A stretch of 49,580 nt of DNA from Acidimicrobiia bacterium (GTDB lineage: Bacteria; Actinomycetota; Acidimicrobiia; Spongiisociales; SHLN01): contig JBFKDW010000011.1 of assembly GCA_041619515.1 (NCBI GenBank), positions 1 to 49,580 on the forward strand, written 5' to 3'. The notes below the pieces were generated by a model. That model was not told the DNA's origin and searched no databases. It worked only from the letters and a program-made list of their open reading frames with translations. Below, one piece after another: positions 29,421 to 42,516 of this stretch. The translations under genes were made by a program, and so were the position numbers. Numbering within the stretch: the stretch's first letter is position 1; every line of letters starts with the position of its first letter.

Positions 29421-30186
29421 GACGCCTCCTAAACTCTCGGCCCAACTCCCGATAGGCGATCGCACCGCGGCTCATCTCGTCGAATGCCTCGATTGGCTCC
29501 CCAAACGACGGTGCCTCCGACAGGCGAACGGTGCGGGGGATGATCGTGTCGTAGGCGGTTTCGCCGAAGTGCTCCCGAACCTGATCGACTACCTCCGATG
29601 CCAGGTTGGTTCGGCCATCGAACATCGTCATCACGACCCCCTCGACGACCAGGCTCGGATTGAGGTTGTTGGTGACCAATTCGACGTTCTTGAGCAGCTG
29701 TCCGACCCCTTCCAACGCGTAGTACTCGCACTGAATGGGCACGAGGACCTCATCGGCGGCCGTCATGGCGTTGATGGTCAGCAGCCCAAGCGATGGCGGG
29801 CAGTCGATCAAGATGAAGTCGTAGTCGGCATCGAGGTGCTTGAGGGCGTTGCGAAGCCGCTGCTCCCGGGAGAACATCGACACCAGCTCTATTTCGGCTC
29901 CCGCCAGGTCGATGGTGGCAGGGATCACATGGAGGTTGCGGACGCTGGTCGGTTCGATGACGTCTTCGGCGGCCAGCTCGGAAACGAGGATGTCGTACAC
30001 CGAGGCCTCGATCGAGGCCCGGTCGACACCGAGTCCGGAGGTGGCGTTTCCTTGCGGGTCGAGGTCCACGAGCAGCACCTTTTCCCCCTGCAGCGCCAAT
30101 GCCGCACCGAGGTTGATGGCGGTGGTGGACTTGCCGACGCCGCCTTTCTGGTTGGCGATGGCAATCGTGGTCGGAGTCTCGCTCAC
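29407..30186 (-). CDS. parA: ParA/Soj ATPase
   Basis: NQKGGVGKST, DLDPQGNA, IDCPPSLG, QCEYYALEG, LSEAPSFG. Confidence 0.96.
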   Translation of the reverse strand: MSETPTTIAIANQKGGVGKSTTAINLGAALALQGEKVLLVDLDPQGNATSGLGVDRASIEASVYDILVSELAAEDVIEPTSVRNLHVIPATIDLAGAEIELVSMFSREQRLRNALKHLDADYDFILIDCPPSLGLLTINAMTAADEVLVPIQCEYYALEGVGQLLKNVELVTNNLNPSLVVEGVVMTMFDGRTNLASEVVDQVREHFGETAYDTIIPRTVRLSEAPSFGEPIEAFDEMSRGAIAYRELGREFRRRHGRT

Positions 30187-30851
30187 GAGCGCATGATAAG
30201 AAGCCACGAAGTCCCGTCAAGTACTTCCTTCGGAACTCGCCGAACCTCTGCGGTCAGTCCCAGCGCCGCCGCCAGCGAAATGAGATCTCGCGCTCGTTCC
30301 GGCTCGTCGTCGCGGGTACTGAGGCCGAGAACTGCCGTCGATCCCGGCTCGAGCAGCCGGTTGGTGAGGCCGATCGCCTCCGGAGGTGGGATCGAGGCTC
30401 GCATCGTCAGGCCCCCCCACTCGTCGGCCACCGAGAACGCATCACCCTGGGCGATCACCACGTTCTCCAGGTTGAGCACGCGCACGACCCGATGCAGGAG
30501 CCGAACCCGTCGCCCGCCTCGATCCAGCAACGTGACCACCGTGTCGGGAAAGGCGATGGCAAGCGGAATGCCGGGCAGGCCGACCCCGGTGCCGATATCG
30601 AGAATCTCTCCCGGCGGGTGCGGCCACCCCGCCGCGAACGTCAGCGAATCCCCGATGTGCCGCGACCAGATGCGGGGCGCTTCCCGCGGACCGAGGCCAC
30701 CGGCCGGAATCGCCTCCTGCTCCAGCCACTGTGCGTACCCTTCCAGCGTGGCGCATTGGGTGGGTGTCAGCTGAAGGCCGGCATACTCGGCAGCCCTCAG
30801 GGCATAGTCGAGTGATGTTCCACGGGGAACATCATTCTTCTTCTGCGCCAC
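30183..30851 (-). CDS. rsmG: 16S rRNA m7G527 methyltransferase
   Basis: GPREAPRIWSRHIGDSL, ILDIGTGVGLPGIPL. Nearest canonical start is GTG 30851, inside the jag 3' end. Confidence 0.85.
   Translation of the reverse strand: MAQKKNDVPRGTSLDYALRAAEYAGLQLTPTQCATLEGYAQWLEQEAIPAGGLGPREAPRIWSRHIGDSLTFAAGWPHPPGEILDIGTGVGLPGIPLAIAFPDTVVTLLDRGGRRVRLLHRVVRVLNLENVVIAQGDAFSVADEWGGLTMRASIPPPEAIGLTNRLLEPGSTAVLGLSTRDDEPERARDLISLAAALGLTAEVRRVPKEVLDGTSWLLIMRS
30816..30831. promoter_or_regulatory. parS centromere-like site
   Basis: TGTTCCACGGGGAACA compared with consensus TGTTTCACGTGAAACA; the palindrome extends to TGATGTTCC...GGAACATCA; adjacent to parAB. Confidence 0.8.
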
Positions 30852-31875
30852 CGGCCTCTTCCGACGCCTCGTCTGCCTCGGCGACCGCGTCGTCTTCCGG
30901 AGAGCTCCCCCCGCCGGCCGAGCGCGGCTCGACACCCGGCGCCAGGGCAATAACCACCGAGCGATTCGGTTCCTCACCCTCCGAGAAACTGCTGACACCC
31001 TCGATGTCGACTACGGCGTCATGGACCGTCTTGCGGTCTGCGGGATTCATGGGCTCGAGCATGATCTCACCGCCGTCTTCGAGCACCTGTTCGGCGAGCC
31101 TCGTCGTGTAGATCCGCAGCGCCTCCCGCCGGCGCTCCTGATAGCCTCCGATATCGAGGCGAAGACGGGCCCGGCGATGCGTCTTGCGCTGCACCACGGT
31201 GCGCGTCAACTCGCCGACCGACTGCATGATCGATCCTCTCGGACCGATGAGTGCTTCGGTCTGTTCCCCGGTGACTTCGGCCAGAATGAGCTCATCCTCA
31301 ACCGCTGTGGTCACGTTGCCTTCGAGCCCGAAACTATCGAGCAACCCGGTGAGAAACTCGGCCACCACAGCCGCCTGGCCCTCGGCGTCTATCTCGACTT
31401 CGGGAGTGGTCGCCTCTTCCATCGTCCGTTCCTTTGCTTGCTGACGTTTGTCTGACTGCTGGTTTTGGCGGGCAGGGCGTCCACCCCGGTTCTGGCCACC
31501 ACCCGAACCCTTTCCTGCCCCGTCCGGCTTGCGGTCACGCTCCTGGCCGCCGCCGCTCTTGCCGGACCGTTGACCGGACCGGTCCCGACCCCGTTCGGTG
31601 CGTCCCTGTCGGTCGCGGCCCTGTTGCTGCTGCCCGCGACCATCGCCACCACCCCCGCCTCCGTCTGGGCGCTTGCGGCGCCGCGTCCGCTTGCTCGACT
31701 TCGGCTTGGGGGACACCCGTACGAGGGCCTCCCGGGATCCCATGCCGAGGAAGCCGCGCGTCGGTTCCTCGACGATTTCGATGATGGCCTCCTCGCGCGA
31801 GCCAAGGCCGAGCTCGGCAAGGGCGGCCTCGACCGCGACGTCCACACTGCTCCCGCGTACTTCTACCCACTCCAC
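30832..31875 (-). CDS. jag: Jag/EloR (KhpB) RNA-binding protein
   Basis: Jag_N domain (RGFLGMG), low-complexity linker, KH domain (LIGPRG), R3H domain (PMNPADRKTVHD, SEGEEPNRSVVI). Confidence 0.92.
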   Translation of the reverse strand: MEWVEVRGSSVDVAVEAALAELGLGSREEAIIEIVEEPTRGFLGMGSREALVRVSPKPKSSKRTRRRKRPDGGGGGGDGRGQQQQGRDRQGRTERGRDRSGQRSGKSGGGQERDRKPDGAGKGSGGGQNRGGRPARQNQQSDKRQQAKERTMEEATTPEVEIDAEGQAAVVAEFLTGLLDSFGLEGNVTTAVEDELILAEVTGEQTEALIGPRGSIMQSVGELTRTVVQRKTHRRARLRLDIGGYQERRREALRIYTTRLAEQVLEDGGEIMLEPMNPADRKTVHDAVVDIEGVSSFSEGEEPNRSVVIALAPGVEPRSAGGGSSPEDDAVAEADEASEEAGGAEEE

Positions 31876-31881
31876 GGTTGA

Positions 31882-32739
31882 CTAATACCTCCTGCGGCGC
31901 CGTTGTTGCTTCTTCTTCGAGCCCTGAAACTCCTTCTTCACCGGCTGCTCGGTGACGGGTTCCGGTTCCTCCACCGGCGGGATAGCGGCCGCCGCCGCCG
32001 CATGGCGCTCGTCGAGTCGGAGGATGAACGCCTGTTGGCCGATCCGGACAACCTGGCCCGACGCGATATACAGGTCGACGCCGGCGAGGAGGGTGTAGGA
32101 GATGAACCCGAACACGACCGGGAGGACTTTCGTGAACGTCTGCATCTGCTTGGCCTGCGGGGTGTCGTTGGCGGCCGATCCGTCCAGCTTCCGACGCTTG
32201 GTGAGCTGGGCCTGTTGGTAGTAGCCGGTCACGATGATGAACACCACGAGAATCAGGTAGGGGATAGCGGTCGTGATGCCGTCCTGCACCGCTTCGTTCG
32301 GCGAGACGACCATGTCCAGGCCCAGAAACCGGGTCTGGCCGTCGACGATGGCGGCGGCGAGATCGGTATCGCCACCCAGAAACTTGACCGGGTTGTCGCC
32401 GCGGAAGCTGCGCAGCAGGCTGAACAAGGCGAACCAGATCGGGAGCTGAACGATCATCGGCAAACAGCCGGCGGCCGGGTTGACCCCCTTTTCCTTGTAG
32501 AGCGCGACCATCTCCTCGTTGAGCTGCTGCCGATCGTCCTTGTGTTTCTTCTGGAGCTCTTTGACCAGCGGCTGGATCTCCTGCATCGCCTTCATCGAGC
32601 GGGTCTGTTTGAGGGTGAGCGGAAACAGCGCCAGGTTGACGACCACTGTCAATACGATGATCGCCAGGCCGACATTTGGAAATACTTGGTATACGAGGGC
32701 GAGAATCGAGCCGAGGACCTCGCTGATCGGATCAAACAT
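31882..32739 (-). CDS. yidC: Membrane protein insertase YidC (short form)
   Basis: LFPLTLKQTRSMKAMQEIQP, LYKEKGVNPAAGCLPMIVQLPIW. Confidence 0.95.
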   Translation of the reverse strand: MFDPISEVLGSILALVYQVFPNVGLAIIVLTVVVNLALFPLTLKQTRSMKAMQEIQPLVKELQKKHKDDRQQLNEEMVALYKEKGVNPAAGCLPMIVQLPIWFALFSLLRSFRGDNPVKFLGGDTDLAAAIVDGQTRFLGLDMVVSPNEAVQDGITTAIPYLILVVFIIVTGYYQQAQLTKRRKLDGSAANDTPQAKQMQTFTKVLPVVFGFISYTLLAGVDLYIASGQVVRIGQQAFILRLDERHAAAAAAIPPVEEPEPVTEQPVKKEFQGSKKKQQRRRRRY

Positions 32740-32998
32740 CGAGGCGCTCCCGTCGCGGCGGCACCGGCTGATGGACGAACCCCTGGGTCGCCCACGGGTT
32801 GCAGCTGAGCACGCGCTTCGTGGCCATCCAGGCGCCGCGAGCAGCGCCGTGGACCTCGATCGCCTCGATGGCGTAGGCCGAGCAGGTCGGGAGGTAGCGG
32901 CAGTGCGAACCGGTCCGTGCCGACACCGTCCGCTGATAGGCGCGGATGCTCCACCGCATCCAGTAAGCCGGTTGGTGCCGGCCGAGGTCCTCTCTCAC
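32732..32998 (-). CDS. yidD: Membrane protein insertion efficiency factor
   Basis: CRYLPTCSAYA.EAIEVHG..RG.W....RVLSCNPW. Confidence 0.93.
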   Translation of the reverse strand: MREDLGRHQPAYWMRWSIRAYQRTVSARTGSHCRYLPTCSAYAIEAIEVHGAARGAWMATKRVLSCNPWATQGFVHQPVPPRRERLDV

Positions 32999-33291
32999 TG
33001 CTCTTCCTTCCCGGAGACGGCTGCTACGAGGTCTCGAAACGCAGTCTCGTTACATTCGGGGCCCGCAATCAAGATGTAATCGGTGTGAGAGCGGAGCTTG
33101 GCCTGGGAAGCGGCCTCCCGCAACCTCCGTTTTGCCCGATTCCGATTGACTGCGTTCCCTACTTTCTTGCCGGCGACGATACCAACTCTCGGCACCACCG
33201 ATGGTCCTTCCAGCATCAAAACTGTTAGCGCGGAATTACGCACTCGACGTCCCCGGCGGTAGATCCGCTCGAAGTCGGCGTGATTGCGCAG
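32995..33291 (-). CDS. rnpA: Ribonuclease P protein component; start uncertain, possibly CTG
   Basis: KKVGNAVNRNRAKRRLRE RNR motif. The homologous N-terminus LRNHADFERIYRRGRR lies upstream of the first GTG (33243). Confidence 0.88.
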   Translation of the reverse strand: MRNHADFERIYRRGRRVRNSALTVLMLEGPSVVPRVGIVAGKKVGNAVNRNRAKRRLREAASQAKLRSHTDYILIAGPECNETAFRDLVAAVSGKEEQ

Positions 33292-33307
33292 TGAGGCGAA
33301 CCGTTCG

Positions 33308-33442
33308 TTACGCCGCGAGGCGCTTCCGGCCTTTTGCTCGGCGACGGCGCACGATCTCGCGTCCGGCTCGCGTGCTCATGCGAGCGCGAAAACCATGCTT
33401 GCGCTTTCGCCGTCTGCTCTTGGGTTGATAGGTTCGCTTCAT
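33308..33442 (-). CDS. rpmH: 50S ribosomal protein L34
   Basis: Hand translation: [44 protein letters not shown] (44 aa, too short for the ORF track). Confidence 0.97.
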   Translation of the reverse strand: MKRTYQPKSRRRKRKHGFRARMSTRAGREIVRRRRAKGRKRLAA

Positions 33443-33462
33443 AGCTTCCGTCCGATCGGGAA

Positions 33463-33491
33463 AGCCTACGGAGGGGCCCCACCTATGTCAA
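33463..33491 (-). promoter_or_regulatory. SigA promoter of the rpmH operon
   Basis: TTGACA-N17-TAGGCT on the minus strand. Confidence 0.75.
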
Positions 33492-33690
33492 AGGTAGCCG
33501 CCGTGTTCTGCGGGTTTCCGGCTCCGGCGACCCGCAATCCGCGAATGTTTTTCTAGACGCGTCAAAAGCGGGCACCCGTCGAAACGGCCGATCGCGCGAA
33601 TACGAAGAGAGAAGAACGTGCGGCGCGCTCGGCAGAAGTGACGCCGAAATATTTATCACTAAGTCGCACGTAGCGCGGGTTTTGTCGTTC

Positions 33691-33719
33691 TTGAGGCCCG
33701 TCGTCGCGCCTCATATAAT
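33691..33719 (+). promoter_or_regulatory. SigA promoter of dnaA
   Basis: TTGAGG-N17-TATAAT. Confidence 0.7.
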
Positions 33720-33788
33720 GCCGCGGCGCTGGACCGAGTCCTTCCTAGTGGGATAACGACAGTGGGGCGGTCGTGGACCTTCACTCGG

Positions 33789-33821
33789 TTCTCCACACGT
33801 TGTGGATAATTCTGTGGACGG
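33789..33821. promoter_or_regulatory. DnaA-box cluster upstream of dnaA
   Basis: TTCTCCACA 33789-33797, TGTGGATAA 33801-33809 (perfect box), TGTGGACGG 33813-33821. Confidence 0.75.
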
Positions 33822-33843
33822 ATCTGAAGTAGGCGGAGGACAT

Positions 33844-35193
33844 TTGAAACCCCAATCTGTGAGTGCCGCCTGGGACGAGTATCGCCAGGCACTTCGCAAT
33901 CGCGTAACACCCGTTACCTGGCAGACGTGGCTAGAGCCCCTCGAGCTGTTGGGCGAAGCCGATGGCATCGTGTCGATTTCAACCCCGAGCGAGTTTCATC
34001 TCCGGTGGGTGGACGAGAAGTACCGAACACTCTTGACTCAGATCGCGTCCGACGTCTACGACGCAGCGGAGGTCCGGCTCGAGGCCCGCCCGGCCGCAAT
34101 CGATCCAGAAGGTGCCGTGGTCCTGGAGGAAGAACCACGGGCCGCCGCCACCGCCGAGCCTGGGAGCCCCCCGTCGGCTGCACCGAAATACTCCTTTGAG
34201 AACTTCATCGTCGGGCCTTCCAACCGGTTCGCCTACGCGGCCGCCATGGCAGTCTCCGAACAACCAGGCAAGCACTACAACCCGCTGTTCATCTACGGGC
34301 CGGCCGGCCTCGGCAAGACCCATCTCCTGCACGCCGTCGCCACCCAGTCACGCGAGATCAACCCGGATCTCGTGATGCGCTACGTCACGTCCGAGGACTT
34401 CTTCAACGATTTTGTCGACGGCATTCGCCGCAAACGCATGGACGAGTTCAAGAACCGCTATCGACGCATCGACATCCTGCTCCTCGATGACGTGCAATTC
34501 TTCGAGCGAAAGGAACAGATCCTCGAAGAGTTCTTCCACACCTTCAACACACTTCATCAGGCCGGGAGCCAGCTCGTAATCACCTCCGACCGCCATCCCC
34601 GGCACCTCTCGACGCTCGAAGACCGCCTGCGCAGCCGCTTCGAATGGGGGCTGTTGACCGACATCCAGCCGCCCGACGTCGAGACCCGCCTCGCCATCCT
34701 CCACAAGAACGCCGAGTTCGCGCCCCGGGAGGTGCCCGAAGCGGTGCTCGAGTTCATCGCCGCCCACGTTCCCAACAACATTCGAGAACTGGAAGGCGCC
34801 CTCACCCGCATCACGGCATACGCCGCGCTCACCCAGCAGGAAATCACCCTGGACATGGCCACCGACGTCCTTCAGGACCTCATCCCCGCCGCCAGCCAGC
34901 GTCCACTCCATCCCGATGAGATCATCGGGGCCACCGCCGCCGCCTCCGGGCTGAGCCCCGCCGACCTCATCGGGCCGAGCCGCCGCCAGCCCCTGGTTCG
35001 TGCCCGTCAAACCGCCATGTATCTCTGCCGGGAGTTGACCGACCTGTCTCTGCCCAAGATCGGCCGGGCATTTGGTGGCCGGGACCACACCACGGTCATG
35101 CATGCGCTCGATCGCGTCAAGGCACTCATGATCGAGGACAAGACCACCTTCGACCAGGTGACCGCGCTCTCCCAGAACCTGCGTGGCGGCTGA
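33844..35193 (+). CDS. dnaA: Chromosomal replication initiator DnaA
   Basis: YNPLFIYGPAGLGKTHL, LLLDDVQF, RLRSRFEWGL, RELEGAL, FGGRDHTTVMHA. Start TTG 33844 after GGAGG (GTG 33859 is an alternative). Confidence 0.97.
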   Translation: MKPQSVSAAWDEYRQALRNRVTPVTWQTWLEPLELLGEADGIVSISTPSEFHLRWVDEKYRTLLTQIASDVYDAAEVRLEARPAAIDPEGAVVLEEEPRAAATAEPGSPPSAAPKYSFENFIVGPSNRFAYAAAMAVSEQPGKHYNPLFIYGPAGLGKTHLLHAVATQSREINPDLVMRYVTSEDFFNDFVDGIRRKRMDEFKNRYRRIDILLLDDVQFFERKEQILEEFFHTFNTLHQAGSQLVITSDRHPRHLSTLEDRLRSRFEWGLLTDIQPPDVETRLAILHKNAEFAPREVPEAVLEFIAAHVPNNIRELEGALTRITAYAALTQQEITLDMATDVLQDLIPAASQRPLHPDEIIGATAAASGLSPADLIGPSRRQPLVRARQTAMYLCRELTDLSLPKIGRAFGGRDHTTVMHALDRVKALMIEDKTTFDQVTALSQNLRGG

Positions 35194-35445
35194 CCCGATG
35201 GCCCCCTCTCTGTGCACAGACCCGGTGTGGACAACCCCCCGAAGCCTGTTGGTCGATGCCTTCCCGTCCCCAGCCAAGCCTGCCATGCGTCACACGCAGT
35301 GGATAAGCTCACACGTCATACACAACGCACGGCGTGAGTTTTCTCCGATACCACCAGCGTACGCGGCCGGTTACTCACAATCCACACCCCCTACTACTAC
35401 TCCTACCAGTTTGAAATCCAGAAAAGAAGAAGAAGGAGACAGCCT
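35194..35445. other. oriC core in the dnaA-dnaN intergenic region, with DnaA boxes and DnaA-trios
   Basis: TGTGCACAG 35211, TGTGGACAA 35226, AGTGGATAA 35298, TCATACACA 35316, overlapping TTACTCACA/CAATCCACA 35371-35386, then CCCC and CTACTACTACTCCTAC trios 35391-35406. Confidence 0.88.
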
Positions 35446-36528
35446 GTGCACTTGAGAGCGGAACACGACGACCTCGCCGACGTACTGGCCCGCGCAACCA
35501 GAGCGGTCGGGACGAGGGCGCCCGTCGAGGTGTTGCAGGGGATTCTCTGTGACGTGCAGGGCAACCGGCTGCGGGTCACCGGAAGCGACCTGGAGATGAC
35601 CGTGCACACCAGCCTCGAGGTGGAGACGCTCGAGGAAGGCAGGGCGGTGATTCCGGCCCGGCTGGCTGCGGAGGCGGTGCGGAAGCTTCCTCCGGGGGCG
35701 ATCACCCTTCGTACCAACGAAGGTGAGGTCGAGATCACGGGGAACGGTCCCTCGTTTCGTCTGCGTCAGCTGGCATTGGACGATTTCCCGCGTCTCGACG
35801 CCGCGACGGGTGCTGCCGGGGGCATCGAAATCGACGGTGACGAGGTGGTGCGGGCGATCGGCCAGGTGTCGGTGGCAGCGTCACACGATGATGCGCGACC
35901 GATACTCACCGGGGTGTTGTTCGAGCCGAACGAAGGAGCGCTGCGACTCGTGGCGACGGATTCGTATCGGCTGGCGGTTCGGGACCTGCCGGGTGTCGAC
36001 CCGGGTGGCTCCGGCCTGGTACCGGTGCGAGGTCTCCGAGAGCTGGGCCGGACTGTGGGGGCGGAGAAAGTGAATGTCAATGTGGGCGAGCGGGAGGCGA
36101 GCTTCTCCTCCGAACGAGGGTCCCTCATCGTGCGGCTCATCGAGGGAGCGTTCCCGAACTACCGCCAGCTGATCCCCGACACGTACACGAACCGGCTGAC
36201 GGTCGGCAAGACGGCAATGCTCGATGCCATCGACCGGGCCTCGCTCGTAGCCGAAGATCACATCCCGGTGCGCTTGGAGATGAGCGAGGGGGGCGTCGAT
36301 GTCAGCGTCAACCGGCAGGAGGTGGGTGGCACAGCCGAACGGGTCGAGGGTGAGTACACGGGGGAGAAGCTCACCATTGCCTTCAATCCCCGCTACCTGA
36401 GCGACGGTGTCAGCGCCATCGATGACGACGACATCGTGTTCGAGGTTCTCGACGGGCTGAAGCCGGGGATTCTGAGAGGCGCCGGATCGCCGGACTTTCT
36501 CTACCTGTTGATGCCGGTCAGGCTGTAG
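35446..36528 (+). CDS. dnaN: DNA polymerase III beta clamp
   Basis: GSDLE, RPILTGVLF, VATDSYRLA, RLIEGAFPNYRQLIP, IAFNPRYL, YLLMPVRL. Confidence 0.97.
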   Translation: MHLRAEHDDLADVLARATRAVGTRAPVEVLQGILCDVQGNRLRVTGSDLEMTVHTSLEVETLEEGRAVIPARLAAEAVRKLPPGAITLRTNEGEVEITGNGPSFRLRQLALDDFPRLDAATGAAGGIEIDGDEVVRAIGQVSVAASHDDARPILTGVLFEPNEGALRLVATDSYRLAVRDLPGVDPGGSGLVPVRGLRELGRTVGAEKVNVNVGEREASFSSERGSLIVRLIEGAFPNYRQLIPDTYTNRLTVGKTAMLDAIDRASLVAEDHIPVRLEMSEGGVDVSVNRQEVGGTAERVEGEYTGEKLTIAFNPRYLSDGVSAIDDDDIVFEVLDGLKPGILRGAGSPDFLYLLMPVRL

Positions 36529-36531
36529 TCC

Positions 36532-37626
36532 GTGCAGCTCGATTGGATCGAGCTCGAGGAGTTCCGCAGTTATCCCCAGCTCCACGTGACACCCGACCCC
36601 GGGACCAACCTGCTGGTGGGTGACAACGGGGCCGGCAAGACGAACTTCCTGGAGGCGATCTCGTACTTGAGCAATCTTCGATCGTTTCGCAAAGCCCCGG
36701 ACGAAGCGCTCATCGCCACCGGCGCCGAGACCGCGGTGCTGCGGGGCGCGGTGGCCGGCCCGGTGTCGCAGCACACCATCGAGGTGTTGCTGTCACGCAG
36801 CCAGCGCCGCACGGTGCTGCTCGACGGGAAACGGCCCGCCCGCAACGCCGAGCTCCGTTCCCGTTTGCGATGCGTGACGTTTCTACCCGACGACCTGGAG
36901 CTGATCAAAGGCGGCGCCGGCCTGCGGCGCGACCTGCTCGACGATCTGGCGGGCCAGTTACGGCCTACGGCAACGGCCGATCTCAGCGAGTTCGAGCGGG
37001 CGTTGCGCCAGCGCAACGCCCTCCTGCGTGCTGAGGGCCCCTTGGCCGATGTCACGGCCCTGGAGAGCTTCGAGGTCGCGATTGCTGCGGCGGGTGCCCG
37101 GGTGGTCCACCATCGTGTTGCCACAGCAACTGCGCTCACGCCCTTCCTTCAGGCCGCCTACCGCGCCCTGGGGCCAGACACGGTCACGTGGGTCTACGAG
37201 TCGGCCTGGGCGGACCCAGCGGGCTCTGAGGCCGACCTGGCCGTTCAACTGCGGGCAGTCCTGGCCGATCACCGGCGACGCGACATGGACCGGCGGGTCA
37301 CGACGGCGGGCCCCCAGCGGGACGAGCCTCGGATACTGCTCGACGAGCGGGACGCTCGCACCCATGCCAGCCAGGGAGAACAACGCTCGGTGGTTCTGGC
37401 GCTGCGGCTGGCCGCCTTCGACCTGCTGGCGGATGAATACGATGACCCGCCGGTCTTGATACTGGATGACGTGTTTTCGGAGCTCGATGAGGCCAGGGCT
37501 CACGCGGTGATAACGCGCCTGCCGGGAGCGCAGGCGTTCTTGTCGAGTGCCCGTCGCGACGACGTCGGGGACATCGCCGGCGCCCTGTGGGATGTCGAAT
37601 CGGGCGGGAAGGTGGTGGCCAGGTGA
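36532..37626 (+). CDS. recF: DNA replication/repair protein RecF
   Basis: FRSY, GDNGAGKTNFLEAI, QRNALL, ASQGEQRS, LILDDVFSELD. Confidence 0.95.
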   Translation: MQLDWIELEEFRSYPQLHVTPDPGTNLLVGDNGAGKTNFLEAISYLSNLRSFRKAPDEALIATGAETAVLRGAVAGPVSQHTIEVLLSRSQRRTVLLDGKRPARNAELRSRLRCVTFLPDDLELIKGGAGLRRDLLDDLAGQLRPTATADLSEFERALRQRNALLRAEGPLADVTALESFEVAIAAAGARVVHHRVATATALTPFLQAAYRALGPDTVTWVYESAWADPAGSEADLAVQLRAVLADHRRRDMDRRVTTAGPQRDEPRILLDERDARTHASQGEQRSVVLALRLAAFDLLADEYDDPPVLILDDVFSELDEARAHAVITRLPGAQAFLSSARRDDVGDIAGALWDVESGGKVVAR

Positions 37627-37922
37627 CCCTCGATCCCATCGGTGAGATGCTGGCCCCGTTCCTGGAGCAACTCGGCCTCTCCACACCCGATGCCGCGGCG
37701 CGGGTGAGCGTGGATTGGGCCAACATCGCGGGAGAGCCGTGGGCGAGCCAGGCACGGCCCGCCGGGTTGCGCGACCGTGTCTTGCTCGTTGACGTCGCCG
37801 ACGCTGCCACGGTCTCGGTGCTGCGGTACCGGACCGGAGAACTCCTCCGCCGCCTCGACGAAGCGCTCGGTGAGGGCATCGTCGACGCCGTGCGACTCCG
37901 GGTTGCGAGGCAACCGTTCTGA
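37623..37922 (+). CDS. DciA (DUF721) family protein
   Basis: W..IAGE.....ARP....D.VLLV pattern; conserved recF-DUF721-gyrB position; GTGA overlap with recF. Confidence 0.8.
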   Translation: MTLDPIGEMLAPFLEQLGLSTPDAAARVSVDWANIAGEPWASQARPAGLRDRVLLVDVADAATVSVLRYRTGELLRRLDEALGEGIVDAVRLRVARQPF

Positions 37923-38013
37923 GTGTCGGCGAGCGGCCCCGGACACGGGTCGGGAAGCGAGAGAAACGGGCGGCGGGAAGTCCCCGACAACCACGCAAAG
38001 TGCCCGATTTAGC

Positions 38014-38043
38014 TTGGGTTATACGCCCTGGGACTGGTATAAT
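38014..38043 (+). promoter_or_regulatory. gyrB promoter with extended -10
   Basis: TGgTATAAT at 38035-38043; weak -35 TTGGGT at 38014. Confidence 0.6.
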
Positions 38044-38056
38044 CACAAAGTTGTAA

Positions 38057-42438
<4,382 letters not shown>

Positions 42439-42449
42439 GCATGGGCCTG

Positions 42450-42477
42450 GGAACCTCAGTCCCTGGTCATAGCGTCG
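42450..42477 (+). promoter_or_regulatory. Candidate SigM/ECF promoter upstream of DUF3566, plus a SigA-like TACAAT at 42486
   Basis: GGAACC-N17-CGTCG. Confidence 0.45.
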
Positions 42478-42516
42478 GTTGTGGGTACAATCCGTTCCGT
42501 TCCACCCAGGGGTTCT

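Noticed and set aside
30797..30835. Possible rsmG frameshift: short MMFPVEHHSTMP ORF over parS, out of frame with rsmG
   Set aside because: An in-frame GTG at 30851 with a purine-rich upstream sequence gives an intact rsmG.
31430..31700. Low-complexity Gly/Arg/Gln stretch
   Set aside because: It is the usual disordered linker of Jag/EloR.
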